Assembly: GCF_009914755.1 (NCBI RefSeq)
Contig: NC_060935.1
Length of the DNA: 64,000 nucleotides
Direction: 5' to 3' (one strand)
Source: the human T2T-CHM13v2.0 reference genome, Homo sapiens
Numbering within the stretch: position 1 is the first letter of the stretch; every line of letters begins with the position of its first letter. Made by a program: the position numbers and the translations under genes. Positions 15,610 through 37,657 of the stretch are shown in pieces. The notes beneath the pieces are model-generated. The model did no database searches. It worked only from the letters and a program-made list of their open reading frames with translations, and was not told the origin of the DNA.

Positions 15610-18245
15610 TGAAGAGCACATTTTAAAATAAGATATAATACAGTCTTTACATTATTATGTATAAACTTAATAAAATCTGTATCTTAGTTCAATATATGTA
15701 AGAAAATTGATAAAATTAATACATACTACATGCAGGGTTGTTGCTAACAGTTTGATGGCTTTAATTTTTGATATGGGTGAGAAAATAATTATGGAATCTA
15801 TTATCAGAATGCCTTGAAAGTCAGCACATTTCCCTTTAAACTCCTTTTAAGTCAGTGCCATCCATAGGCAGTGTTGAAAGCATGTGGCTGCCTTGGTCAA
15901 GACTTGGAAGTGCTATTTATGTTATGAGTAGACATATTGCTGGGACCTCGATAAGAAATTTAAATCTGCCTGTACCTTATTTTCCCAACCTCACTACCAG
16001 ATTGGGATAGAACCCAGGGATTAATTACATACGGAAATTGTTTTGAGATCTTTTGTGATTGGTACTTTTCAAAATGTGATAGTTTCTAATACAATATTTT
16101 TAAATAATTAGGTTATGATTTGTGTTTAAATGAAGATGGTATCCTATTTTTATTTCTTAGTGTAATCCTTTCATTTTGAATACATAATACAGATTTCCAT
16201 TTCCTCTTTTTTCATGTTATCCTCCTCATTTGCTCTATCTTAATCAAGAAAAATGAAAGAAATATTATCTAGTCTTCTCAATACATTCCTGGTTTACATG
16301 TTAAAGAGAAATGTGATAGGGATCCATGGAAAAGGATTGAGAACACTGTCCTTATCCCACTGGTTTCCTTTCTATTTTCAGATTCATGTAATTGATGTGA
16401 TTGCCAAATAACAAGCATCATTATTGTCAATACCTTAACTTATAAATGTATTAAAACAATATTTGTATACCAATGTGAAAGTGTTTTTCACCCTTTCTTT
16501 TTGTAATAGCAGTGATATTGCCACTTTTATATTCAAGAAAAATATCTTAAATTTCACTAAGATATTATCTGATCTGTATGGAATTTAGTTGAAGTATGCG
16601 TGGAAATAAGTTAATTCACTAATACTGGTTTTAAAATCTGAGTTTTAAAAACTTTTTATGCAATATCATCTATACCCCTTAACCTGACTTTATGCCATTC
16701 TATGACATTTTTTAAATGCTTCAAACAGCCAAAGTCACCCCTCCCCCATATTTCTAAATATTTTCAATGAAGATAATACAGGGAATATACTATTAATACA
16801 TGGATACTCAGGTTAGATATTTGTAGTACTTTTGTATTAAAATTATGGCAATGAATCAGTAATATCTTTGATTTTTTTCTGTTTTCCAACTTTCAGAAAA
16901 TAAAAGTTGCCAAAATAAACACAAAAATTCAACAAAGTAACATACTTACTGATACATGGATAATGCTTAAGTAGTATTAATTATACAGTTACCAAAACCT
17001 GGAAGGATCAAAAGATTTTATTTTTAAGAAGGATTTCTCATGCTGCATGGATTATGTTGGTACATAATAGCTCAGTAGTACTTCTGCTGAATTGTAAAAT
17101 AGCTTAGAGAGGAGTATGATGCCCATAGTTGGTGTAATGCATTGGTGATTAAGAGGGTGTGAGGTTAAGCTTCATTAACTGCTGAGGGATTGTATCTTGG
17201 GTTTTATTATGCCCTAGAGAACATAAAAAGTGAGAAGGGTCAAACTGTTAGAATCAGATTTTGCTTGTGCATCTGCCAAAACAAAGACCACAAAATAATA
17301 TAGCAGTAAGAACAGAAAGAGCTTGGAATGAAACGGGCCGAAATATATTTACAGCATCTTATGGATAAGGTAAATGTTTCTAGTGAGGAAATAAATATAC
17401 ATAAATACTGGAATAATATTTTTATATGGGAATTTTATAATTTTATTTCAGATAGGATCTTTAAAGGAGAAAAACTGTTGTTTTGTTGAAAGGTAGTCCT
17501 ATTTTCTTTATTCATATTAATTTTCTAATCTGTTTCATTTGGCTAAAAGAGAAATTTCATCCTTCCCATCCTGTCATCTGTATAGAACTTATGGAGTCTG
17601 CTTTTTGTTTTTATTTATTCATGACCCTTGATACCATATACTTGAGAACCATAAGCACCAAATTGCAGAAAGAACCAAAACTCTGATAATCCCTCTGTTA
17701 GGAAAGAAAGATATAACAACAATACAGTATGTTCTGTTTGTGCTCTGGGTTAGAAATCAAAGGCTGGGGATTTTTGAAAGTGTAAGGGAGGATGTTATCT
17801 GTGATTGACAGCTGTAATAGTTCAATATTAAAGAGTTTTATGCCTAGCATTTTCTTGAAATAGAGCTTTTATCAAAACACTAATTAAATTTTTTGTTTGA
17901 TTAGAAACAGTCATTGTAACAAATGGTATAGATTATAGTAGTGATCACCTCTGGAGGGTCAATGACTCCCAGTAAGTAACATAGTTAATGTTGGCATACT
18001 TAAAAATTTTAGTACTTCCAAATATAATAATGTATTGAATACAAACTTACATTATAAATTTCTGGGTATTAGATAACAAAAGTATCAGAATGTTCCTTCT
18101 TTGTTCCCCAACATATCATTTTCATTAAGTCATTTTTACTTGAATTATGAATAGTAATACTGTAACCACTGAAACAGAATTTTTATAGAGTAGATTTTTT
18201 TTCCAGAGATATAGGATGACACTGTTGCTTTAAGATTCATTTTCT

Positions 18246-19898
18246 TTTTTTTTTTTTAATTATACTTTAAGTTCTAGGGTACATGCACACAACGTGCAGG
18301 TTTGTTACATACATATACATGTGCCATGTTGGTGTGTTGCACCCATTAACTCATCATTTACATTAGGTATATCTCCTAATGCTATCCCTTCCCCTCCTGC
18401 TACCCCAGGACAAGCCCCGGTGTGTGATGTTCCCCTTCCTGGGTCCAAGTGTTCTCATTGTTCAATTCCTACCTATGAGTGAGAAAATGCGGTGTTTGGC
18501 TTTTTGTCCCTACGATAGTTTGCTGAGAATGATGGTTTCCAGCTTCGTCTATGTCCCTGCAAAGGACATGAACTCATCCTTTTTTATGGCTGCATAGTAT
18601 TCCTTGTTGTATATGTACCACATTTTCTTAATCCAGTCTATCATTGGTGGACATTTGGGTTGGTTCCAAGTCTTTGCTATTGTGAATAGTGCCACAATAA
18701 ACATGTGTGCCTGTGTCTTTATAGCAGCATGATTTATAATCCTTTGGGTATATACCCAGTAATGGGATGGCTGGGTCAAATGGTATTTCTAGTTCTAGAT
18801 CCCTGAGGAATCGCCACACTGTCTTCCACAATGGTTGAACTAGTTTACAGTCCCACCAACAGTATAAAAGTGTTCCTATGTCTCCACATCCTCTCCAGCA
18901 CCTGTTATTTCCTGACTTTTTAATGATCACCATTCTAACTGGTGTGAGATGGTATCTCATTGTGGTTTTGATTTGCATTTCTCTGATGGCCAGTGATGGT
19001 GAGCATTTTTTCATGTGTCTGTTGGTTGCATAAATGTCTTCTTTTGAGAAGTGTCTGTTCATATCCTTTGCCCACTTTTTCATGGGGTTGTTTTTTTCTT
19101 GTAAATTTGTTTGAGTTCTTTGTAGATGCTAGATATTAGCCCTTTGTCAGATGAGTAGATTGCAAAAATTTTCTCCCATTCTGTAGGTGGCCTGTTCACT
19201 CTGATGGCAGTTTCTTTTGCTGTGCAGAAGCTCTTTAGTTTAATTAGATCCCATTTGTCAATTTTGGCTTTTGTTGTCATTGCTTTTGGTGTTTTAGTCA
19301 TGAAGTCCTTGCCCATGCCTATGTCCTGAATAGTATTGCCTAGGTTTTCTTCTAGAGTTTTTATGGTTTTCGGTCTAACATTTAAGTCTTTAATCCATCT
19401 TGAATTAATTTTTGTATAAGGTGTAAGGAAGGGATCCAGTTTCAGCTTTCTACATATGGCTAGCCAGTTTTCCCAGCACCATTTATTAAACAGAGAATCC
19501 TTTCCCCATTTCTTGTTTTTGTCAGGTTTGTGAAAGATCAGATGGTTGTAGATGTGTGGTATTATTTCTGAGGGCTCTGTTCTGTTCCATTGGTCTATAT
19601 CTCTGTTTTGGTACCAGTACCATGCTGTTTTGGTTACTGTAGCCTTGTAGTATAGTTTGAAGTCAGGTAGCATGATGCCTGCAGCTTTGTTCTTTGGCTT
19701 AGGATTGTCTTGGCAAAGTAGGCTCTTTTTTGGTTCCATATGAACTGTAAAGTAGTTTTTTCCAATTCTGTGAAGAAAGTCACTGGTAGCTTGATGGGGA
19801 TGGCATTGGATCTATAAATTACCTTGAGCATTATGGCCATTTTCACGATATTGATTCTTCCTAACCATGAGCATGGAATGTTCTTACATTTGTTTGTG
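18246..19898 (-). mobile_element. 5'-truncated L1PA (about L1PA5), 1.65 kb
   Basis: Minus-strand ORF2 C-terminal fragments, 3'UTR and poly(T); TSD TTAAGATTCATTTTCT at 18230-18245 and 19899-19914. Confidence 0.96.
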
Positions 19899-19915
19899 TT
19901 AAGATTCATTTTCTA

Positions 19916-20246
<331 letters not shown>

Positions 20247-20539
20247 CTAGCATAGGTTAATTCTGTATTTCACAAGACTTAAAAATCACACTACTGATTA
20301 TTCTTAATTTGTATGGACCACATTTTTATTTTCTGTTATTTTTGTTCAAATTTTTGGCTAAAAGAATGGTTAAAAAAATATTGAAGAGTTACCAGGTAGT
20401 CACATAGGTCTTCGCTGGTTAACTTACTAGCATGATAACATTTATCCACACCATAATCGGGTAAAATACTTCTTTATATTGATGCAACACTTAGAAACAA
20501 AGATGCTAAGGGCATTTGCATCTGCTTACAAAAGGCATT

Positions 20540-21473
20540 CCATTTTTATCAGAATCTGAGAGGCCATTGATTGTAAGATGCATCATTATTAAATATACTA
20601 AGAGAAAAAAAGTATTCCCACCTGAACTAAGAACGTTTCTATTCACTTAAATTTTTTATTTAATTCTTATTGGAAGAGGTTTCTTAGACTTACTTATTTT
20701 TTAAGTCATATCACACCTGTCTATAAAAAAAGAAGCACAACATGTAAGGTACTTATAAAACTTCACATTCAGATTACTACTGTTCTAAATCACTTTCTGG
20801 CTCATAGTCATTGATATCCATGTGTTTCACAATTTACATTTTTCACAAGATACTGTTCTCTCTGTCATTAATAGCACTGGCAATGTAGTACTTCTTTATT
20901 TATTTTTTTTTTCAGCCTCCCGAGTAACTGGGATTACAGGCATGCGCCACCACCGCACCTGGCTAACTTTGTATTTTTAGTAGAGATGGGGTTTCTCCAT
21001 GTTGGTCAGGCTGGTCTCGAACTCCTAACCTCAGGTGATCCACCTGTCTCAGCCTCCCAAAGTGCTGGGATTACAGGCGTGAGCCACCGCACCCGGCCTG
21101 TAGTACTTCTTAAAGGTGATGCAATATTGTACCCAGATTTTATTCTAAAACATTGACATCCATCCTGCAATTATTCGTGCAAGCACTGTCCTGATTTTCT
21201 CAGATAGGATCAATAGTAGTATCCTAAAAAGCCAGGATTTTTATTATTCTTTACTTGATCCATATATGGATTTTTGGCTGAAACATTGAAGAATTACATT
21301 TGTCCATTTGAACACCAAGAAAAACAAGCAAGTTTTTGCATATGCAGACCATAATAACTTTGTATCTGCTTCCAGGCTGACAGTTATGATATTCTCCCAG
21401 TTGTAAAATGCATCCTGATTTTAGAGATGGTAATGTGAAGAAAAACATGAGTCTTAGAATCAGTGAAATAAAG
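20540..21473. mobile_element. MER104/Kanga-like Tc2 DNA element, interrupted by an Alu
   Basis: Ends ...GAATCTGAGAGGCCATTGATTGTAAGATGCATC and GTAAAATGCATCCTGATTTTAGAGATG...GTCTTAGAATCAGTGAAATA. Confidence 0.65.
20897..21098 (-). mobile_element. AluSp lacking most of the right arm
   Basis: TTTCTCCATGTTGGTCAGG diagnostic; tail joined directly to TCAGCCTCC; TSD TGTAGTACTTCTT. Confidence 0.9.
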
Positions 21474-22668
21474 TAAATATATGCCTCATTTTTCAACCTT
21501 GGTTTTGATATAAAGGCGTACCTTGGAGATAATGCAGGTTTGATTCCACACCACCACAATAAAGTGAGTCACTTTTTTTATTTCCCAGTGCATATAAAGT
21601 TATGTTGATACTATACCATAGTCTACTAAGTGTGCAATAGCATTATGACTAAAAAATAAATAATTTAAAAAGACCTTATTGCTAAAAAATGGTAACAGTT
21701 ATATGAGCCTTAAGCAAGTTGTAATCTTGTTGCTGGTATAGAGTCTTGCCTTGATGTTGATGGCTGCTGACTTACAGGTTGGGGTGACTGTGGTAATTTC
21801 TGAGAAGAAGGCAACAATGAAGATTGCCACATCAATTGACTCTTCTTCTTATTAAAGATTTGGGTCTGTACAAGTGATGCTGTTTGGCAGCATTTTACCC
21901 ACAGTAGAGCTTTTTTCAAAATGGGAGTCAACTGCCGAAAAGCTCCTTAAACTGATAAATGACTTCAGTAAAGTTTCAAGATACAAAATCAATGTATAAA
22001 AATCAGTAGCATTTCTATACACCAATAATCAAGCTGAGAGCCAAATCAAGAATGCAGTGTCATTCACAATAGCCACAAAAAGAATAAAATACTTAGGAAT
22101 ACGGCTAACCAAGGAGGTGAAAGTGAACTACAAAACACTGCTGAAAGAAATCAGAGATGACACAAATGAAAAAGTCTTCCTTGCTCATGAATTGGAAGAA
22201 TCAATATCATTAAAATGGCCATACTGCTCATAGCAATTTAAGGATTCAACACTACTTCCATCAAACTACCAATGTCATTTTTCACAGAATTAGAAAACGT
22301 TATTCTGAAATGTATATGGAACTACAAAGAGCCCAAAGCAATCCTAAGCAAAAAGAACAAAACAAGAGGCATCACATTACCCGACCTCAAACTATACTAC
22401 AAGGCTACAGTAACCCAAACAGCATGGTACTGGTATAAAGACAGATATAAAGACCAATGGAACAGAAAAGAGAACCCAGAAATAAAGCCATACACTGACA
22501 ATCATCTGATCTTTGACAAAGTAGACAAAAGTAAGCAATGAGGAAAGGACTCCCATTCAATAAATAGTGCTGGGAAAACTGGCTATCCACGTGAAGAGGA
22601 ATGAAACTAGACACCTGCCTATCGCCATATACAAAATTAACTCAAGATGGATTAAAAACCTAAATCTA

Positions 22669-22985
<317 letters not shown>

Positions 22986-23339
22986 CTAAATCTAAAACCT
23001 CAGATTGTAACAATCCCAGAAGAAATCCTAGGCGATACCCTTCTGGACATCAGCCTTGGCAAAGAATTCATGACTAAGTACTCAAAAGCATTTGCAACAA
23101 AAAGAAAAATTGACAAGTGGGACCTAATTAAAGAGCTTCTGTACCACAAGAGAAAGTGTCAATGGGATAAACTAACAATCTACAAAATGGGAGAAAATAT
23201 TCACAAACTGTGCATCTGACACAGGCCTAATACCCAGATCCTATAAGAAACTTAAATCAACAAGTAGAAAACAACCCCACTGAAAAGAGAGCAAAGGACA
23301 TGAACAGACACTTCTCAAAAGAACACATACAAGTAGAAC

Positions 23340-23598
23340 ACCACGGTGTCTGACACCTGTAAACCCAGCACTTTGGGAGGCCGAGGTGAGTGGATTACCT
23401 GAGGTCAGGAGTTCCAGACCAGCCTGGCCAAAATGGCAGTAAATCAGCTGGGCATGTTGGTGCATCCTGTAATCACAGCTATTCAGGAGGCTGAGGCAGG
23501 AGAATCACTTGAACCTGGGAGGCGGAGGTTGCAATGAGCTAAGATCACACCACTGTACTCCAGCCTGGGTGACAGAGTGAGACTCTGTCTCAAAAAAA
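23340..23598 (+). mobile_element. Alu with degraded 5' end and deleted linker
   Basis: Alu arms recognisable; middle A-rich linker mostly missing. Confidence 0.9.
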
Positions 23599-24332
23599 GG
23601 AAGACATACAAATGGCCAACAAACATGAAAAAATGCTCATCATCACGAATCATCAGAGAAATACAAGTCAGTATCACAATGAGATATCATCTCACACCAG
23701 TCAGAATGGCTTTTGTTAAAAAGTCAATAATGTTTGTGGGATTTTGAAGAAAAGGGAATGCTTATACACTGTTGGTGGGAATGTAAATCAGTTCAGCCAC
23801 TGTAGAGAGCAGTTTGGAGATTTCCCAAAGATCTAAGAGTTGAACTAACATCCAACCCAGCAATTCCATTACTGGGTACATACCCGGAGGAAAATAAATC
23901 ATTCTGCCAAAAAGGCACGTCCATATGTATATACATTGTAGCACTATTCTCAATAGCAAAGACATGGAACCAACCCAGGTGCCCGTCAACAGTGGACTGA
24001 ATAAAGAAAATGTAATACATATATACCATGGAATACTATGCAGCCATAAAGAAATCATGTCCTTTGCAGCAACATGGATGTAGCTGGAAGCCATTATCCT
24101 AAGCAAACTAACGCAGAAACAGAAAACCAAATACCATATGTTCTCATTTATAAGTAGGAGCAAAACATCAGGTACACATGGACATAAAGATGGGAACAGT
24201 AAATACTGTGGAATACAAGGCAGGAGAGGGAAGGAGTGAGGCAAGGGTTGAAAACTTCCTATTGGGCATTATGCTCACTTCCAGGGTGACAGTTTCAATT
24301 GTACTTCAGACCCCAGCATCATGTAATATACC

Positions 24333-25260
<928 letters not shown>

Positions 25261-26583
25261 TAATTCTAGTTCTCTTGCTCTTTCTATCACATCTGCAGTT
25301 ACTTCCTCCACCAGAGTCTTGAATTCCATGAGGATTGGAATCAACTTCTCCCAAACTCCTGTTAATATTGATATTTTGACCTCCTCTCGTGAATCATGAA
25401 TATTCTTATGGCAGCTAGAATAGTAAATCTTCCCAGGTTTTCAATTTACTTTGCCCATATCCATCAGAGGAATCACTATCTATAGCAGCAATAGTGTTAA
25501 GACATGTATTCTTAAATAATATGACTTGAAAATTGAAATTACTCCTGATCCATGGGCTACAGAATGGATGTTGTGTTAGCAGGCATGAAAACAGTAATCT
25601 CCTTGTACATCCTCATCAAAGGTCTTGGGTGACCAGGTGCACTGTCAGTGAGCAGTAATATTTTGAAAGGATTGTTTTTTCTGAGCAGTAGGTTTCCATA
25701 TAGTGGGCTTAAAATATTCGGAAAACCATGTTGTTTACAGATGTGCTATCATCCAGGCTTTGTTGTTCTGTTTATAGAGCACAAGCAGAGTAGATTTAGC
25801 ATAATTCTTAAGGGCCCTAGGATTTTGGAATGATAAGTGAGTATTGGCTTCAACTTACAGTCATCAACTGCATTAGCCCCTAACGGAGAGTCAGCCTGTC
25901 GTTTGAAGCTTTGGAGCTAGGCATTGACTTCTCTCTAGCCATGAAAGTCCTAGACAATATCTTCTTCCAATAGAAGGCAGTTTCATCTACATTGAAAATC
26001 TGTTGTTTAGTGTAGCCACCTTCATCACTTAGCTAGATCTTCTGGATAACTTGCTGCAGTTTCAACTTCAAGAATTGCTGTTTCACTTTGCACTGTTATG
26101 GAGAAGGCTTCTTTTCTGAAATCTCATGAACTAACCTCTGCTAACTTCCAGCTTTTTTTCTGAAGCTTCTTCATCTCTCTTGGCATTTAACATTTTTAAT
26201 TATATAGATATTTTTACTTCAGAATCAAATGTAATTAGACCCTTTGAAAAGAAAATACCTATGCCAGTAAACAGAGCCTCTAGACGAGGAAAGTAAAATG
26301 GATTTCACTTATATTCCTTCAGTTGCTCATTGTCATGTCACATTTTTAATTTATTTATTGTTTTTATGTTTGGCCTTTCATTTTCATTTGCTTATTCTCT
26401 CCCCAACATTTCTAATTTCGTTTTCATTTTCTGTTAGAGAGAGGATATGTTTATAGAGAGATTGTCTATCTATCTATCTGTCTATCTAAGATGTTACCAG
26501 TTTCTTATTTTTACACATTCTTTTTATTGAAGTCCCTTTTTATGTTGCTGAATTGTATATTAATGTAAAAAAGGTTTGTAGTA

Positions 26584-26880
26584 GGCCATGCACAGTGGCT
26601 CATACCTGTAGTCTCAGCACTTTGGGAGGCCAAGGCAGGAGGATCACTTGAGGCCAGGAGTTAAGTGACCAGCATGGGCAATATAGCAAGACACCATCTC
26701 TACAAAAAAATAGGAAAACAGTTAGCTGGGCATGGTGGTGCACACATGTAGTCCTAGCTCCTCAGGAGCCTGAGGCAGGAGGATCACTTGAGCCCAGGAG
26801 TTCAAGAAGGCTGCAGTGAGCTGTGTTTGCACCACTGTACTCCAGCCTGGGCAACAAAGCAAGACTCTGTCTCAAAAAAA
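26584..26880 (+). mobile_element. AluJ
   Basis: Diverged dimer with GGAGGATCACTTGAGCCCAGGAGTTCAAG. Confidence 0.92.
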
Positions 26881-27164
26881 GTAAGGAAGGAGGGAGAGAA
26901 GGGGGCAGGAGGAGGAAGGCAGGAAGATTGGTATGAATTCTTCCAAAGTATAATTTACATATAATTTTATCAATTTCATATACAATTCAGTGAGTTTGAG
27001 TAAATGTTCACAGTTTTATAACCACCACCATAATCATAACATAGAATATTTCCATCCCTTGAGAAATGTGCCTACATGCAGTCTGTCTCCCTACCACCAC
27101 TTGACCCCTGGCAACCTCCAGTCTGCATCCGTATCTTTAGCATATACCTCAAAACTCTTCTAGC

Positions 27165-27852
27165 TCTCTACCCATTACCCAATTCCAAAGACACTTCCAC
27201 ACATTTAGGTATTTCTTGCAGCAGCACCCTACTTCTCGGTATCAAAATCTGTGTTAGTCAGCTCAGGCTGCCATAACAAAATACTATAAACTAGGTGGTT
27301 TAAACAACAGAAATTTACTATCTCACAGTTTTGGAGACTAGGAAGTCCAAGATCAAGGTTTCAACCAAGTCATTTCCTGGTGAGGGCTCTCTTCCTGGCT
27401 TGTAGACTGCTGCTTTCTCACTGTGTGTTCACATGACCCCTTCTTTTCACAGATAAAGAAAGAGCTCTTTCTGGTGTCTCTTCTTATAAGGTAATTAATT
27501 AATATAATTAATTACCTTTATTATCTCATTTAAACTTAGTTATTTTCAAACAACCCTTTCTCCAAATACCATCTCATTAGGGGATAGGACTTCAATGTAT
27601 GGACCTGAGGAGGACACAAACATTGAGTATTTATCTCTTTTAAACTTAGTTATTTTCAAACACCCCTTTCTCCAACTACCATCTCATTAGGGGATAGGAC
27701 TTCAATGTACGGACCTGAGGAGGACACAAACATTGACTATCTCATTTAAACTTAGTTATTTTCAAACACCCCTTTCTCCAAATACCATCTCATTAGGGGA
27801 TAGGACTTCAATGTATGGACCTGAGGAGGACACTAACATTGAGTATATAACA
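27165..27852 (-). mobile_element. MLT1A-type MaLR LTR with adjoining internal fragment
   Basis: GGCTGCCATAACAAAATAC...GGAAGTCCAAGATCAAGG; preceded by MaLR-internal CATTACCCAATTCCAAAG... Confidence 0.8.
27522..27846. repeat. Tandem triplication of a ~108-bp unit inside the MLT1A LTR
   Basis: Copies start at 27522, 27632 and 27738 (TATCTC.TTTAAACTTAGTTATTTTCAAAC...GGACCTGAGGAGGACAC) and are nearly identical. Confidence 0.96.
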
Positions 27853-28059
27853 GTTGTTATGGATGAAAAGATGGCTAAGACATAGTCGTTGCCCTTAATG
27901 ATCTCATAGAGGAATAGTTGAAATTTGAGGAGAGCTCATCTAAATAAACACAAATGAGGTATTTTTTGTATAGACTGTTTTGAAAAGTTGAGACTTCTAA
28001 AATCTTATTCTAGAAATAATGCTGAGAATGCTAGTAACATAAGAAGTCATGTGCTTTTT

Positions 28060-33840
<5,781 letters not shown>

Positions 33841-34193
33841 AAGTCATGTGCTTTTTGTGGTGTTGAATTTTATAGTGAATGCAATATGCCCCTTCACTTT
33901 GCAAAAAGAAATATCAAAGTTAATGGATGGAGGTAAGCAGGCTAGAGAGGTTGCTATTTTTTCTGTGTGATTTCTTTCCTGTAGTGTTACAACTCCCGCT
34001 TCAGAGAAGGCCTCTTGGGTTGGATATTCATTATCAAATACAGATATTCCAAATGAACTATCTTTGCCCCAAACACCAATTGTTCTTCCAGTCTGATTGG
34101 TTTTAGAAGCATACTACTTCATGGAAAAAGAAACATTTGAACCACTTTTCCTTAGAATAAATTTAGTATACTCTTTGAGACTTGATAACTTAA

Positions 34194-34748
<555 letters not shown>

Positions 34749-35617
34749 ATCACTTTCTTTATTTCCCCTTTCAGTATATTTAATTCTTCTTCCCTAGTTA
34801 AGTCAGTATTAAGTGTGTACATGATGACAATTTCTTATTCAGTCAAATATTATACTATTTGACAGTCTATATTTCTCCTTTCTGATACATCTATTGTTTT
34901 TTCTAGAGGTAACAATTGCCTCATTTTTTATCTATATGAATTACGAATTCATCTCAAAACTTTCCACTAAAGTTTTCAAACTCCTCTTAAATGTATGTAA
35001 GTGTGAAACCCTTGAAATCGTCCATACTCCAACTCCAAATGGACAGCTTGCTTCCTAGGTTGTCTACACAGCTGTTATTCTGGCACTTTCCTTTATCATT
35101 CTAGCAACTGCCTTGACCTTGCTTCTGTGTAAGATGTCTTGTTTCCTGGATCTCTAGTGTTCATATGTATTAGTTCATCCCTTGTTTTGGTGCTATACAT
35201 TGTCTAATAACTTGAGAGTGAATGGAGGTAGAAGGGAGGAGTGAGGTGGTAGAGATGTTTTAAATTTTGCATGTCTGATAATGTCTTAATTCCACTCTCA
35301 AATTTAACATTAGTGTTGCTGAACATACAATTCTAGATTAAAAATAACTTTGTCTCAGAGCAGTCCATTGTTGCTGTTATAAAGTTTGATGCCATTCATG
35401 TTCCTGACGTGTTCACACCCAACCTGAAGAAGCTATTTAGATTTTCTCTGTATTCCTTCTTGTTCTAAAACGTCAGAATTATATGCCTTGTTGTAGGTCT
35501 ACTTCCATTCAGAGTTTATATACTCAGTAGAATTTTAAAATCTAAAATACCCTATTTCAGGGTGTCAACCTCCTAAACTATTCCTCTAAATGTTTTCTTT
35601 TTTCTCTCATGTTCTGT

Positions 35618-35919
35618 CTTTTTTTTTTTTTTCTTTTTAGACAGTGTCTCGCTCTGTCACCCAGGCTAGAATGCACTGGTGTGATCATGGCTTACTACAT
35701 CCTCCACCCCCTGGCCTCAAGCAATGCTCCCACTCTGCCTTCCGAGTAGCTGGGACTACAGGCATGCCCCACCATCCCTGGTTAATTCTTTTATTTTTTT
35801 GTAGAGAAAGGATCTCACTGTTTTGCCCAGGCTGGTCTTAAATTTCTGGCCTCAGGTGAGCCTTCCGCCTTAGCCTCCCAAAGTGCTGGGATTACAGGTG
35901 TGAGCCACCAAACTTGGCC
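35618..35919 (-). mobile_element. AluJ
   Basis: Diverged full dimer. Confidence 0.92.
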
Positions 35920-35944
35920 ATTTTCTATGTCTTTAGAAAGCCAT

Positions 35945-36180
35945 ATAGGATGGTGGTGAAGAGGATGAGCTACAGAGCAAGACTTTCCAAACTCAAGTCC
36001 TGGGTCTGCTACTTAATTACTTTGCGACCTTGGACAAGTTAATTAACCTTTGTGTTTCAATGTCTTCATCTATATAAAATGGGTTTAATTCTTAGGATTG
36101 ATTTGAGGATTAAATATGTTCATTTTCTAAGGTGCTTGGAATAGCACCTGGCAGAAAGCACTTTAAAACATACTAACTAT
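35945..36180 (+). mobile_element. MIR
   Basis: GACCTTGGACAAGTTAATTAACC...GAGGATTAAAT. Confidence 0.75.
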
Positions 36181-37317
36181 ATTTTTTTAAATTAGCATTG
36201 CTATCATCATTATTATTGATCTTTTATTCTGAGGGATTTGACCACGTTGATCTGGCAGTTCTGATTATTTTTTTCGCAAATCTGCTATTACATTTTTAAT
36301 TTCTGCACACTGTTTTTTTCCAGATGTTTTCTTTTTACCAAATTATTATTCTCTTATTTTTTGTGCACACATCTTTTACAATAAATATTACTGTTTATTT
36401 TTGAGACTTTTTTTCTGCTCCTGGCATTGTTTTCATTTTCTGCTCATTTGTTTTAGTCCTTGAATTTCATATTAGATGCTTTTCTCAAATACCTAGTGAT
36501 TCTTCTCTGTCCATTCATATTCAAGAGTGAGGGACTGAAAAACTAATTGTAAGTGCTGTGTGTTTGGGCATGAAACTTATGAACTAGTAGGTTTACTGTG
36601 AGCTTATGTAAAATAGCATCTCTCTAAAGGTCTTTTCTCTTAATTTTGCTGGTTTTTCCTGGGAGGAATCCTTTAGTCTCCCCATCTCTTGACTGTTCTG
36701 TTAAAGGATGCCTTCTGCCCTTCTGAAAGCCTTAGCAGTGGGAGGCAACTGTGGTGGGGGCGGGGTGGGGGACAGTGGAAGGGAAGAGGAAGTCCTTTCA
36801 CCCCTCTATATGAAGACTTTCAAGAAATTATCCTATCTTCAAAGTGATGTCTCATCCCTTCCCTCAGCAGTGCTCCAGCTTCTGAGGTTTGTCTTGTTTG
36901 AACTTTCCATTTCTCTTGCACAGTTAGTTGGTGGAGGTAGGGGTGGGTAGAATCCTGACTCTTAGGGAAAAGTAAAGGATCTGTAGGTCTTTATGGTTCC
37001 TTTAAAAATTTTTCAACCAACCCTTCTGTTTTCACACAACTGTTGTTCTTTGCTTGCTGAAGTTGCTGGTTTGTTTTCTAAGTTGCCAGTTGTTATGATT
37101 TGTTAAAGCCATGTATGTGGTAGAATCTGTGATGTTTACTATATTATTCTCTATTCTTTTCTGCATGTTTTCTACATCTCATAGAAAAAAAAATTTGAGA
37201 TGCAAAGGATGTTTATGTTATAAACCACGTTTGTTGTAGCATTTTTGGATTGCAAACAACCTAAATTTCTAACAGTAGAGAAATGATAAACTCCACAAAA
37301 GATTAAAAAGAAAATAA

Positions 37318-37490
37318 TTAGCCAGGTGTGGTGGTGTGCGGCATGTGGTCCCAGCTACTCAGGAGACTGAGGCAAGAGGATTCCTTGAACCCCAGAGTTC
37401 AAAGATGTGGTGAGCTATGATTATGCCACTGCACTCCAGCCTGGGCCACACAGCGAGACTCCAACTCAAAAAGTAATAATAATAAAAATA
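37318..37490 (+). mobile_element. Alu right arm (AluJ/FRAM-like)
   Basis: Monomer with (AAT)n tail. Confidence 0.85.
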
Positions 37491-37657
37491 AACTACTGAA
37501 CTACTGATTTTCATTTTAAACAATTAAGTGTGATGCTTCTTCAAAATTCTGGTTGATATAAGTGAAAAGTGTGTTATTGACAGTTGTAAAACTTCATATA
37601 GTAAACAATTTAAAGTGTTAGGTAAATAAATAAATACATTTCCTATTTTCTATTCTA

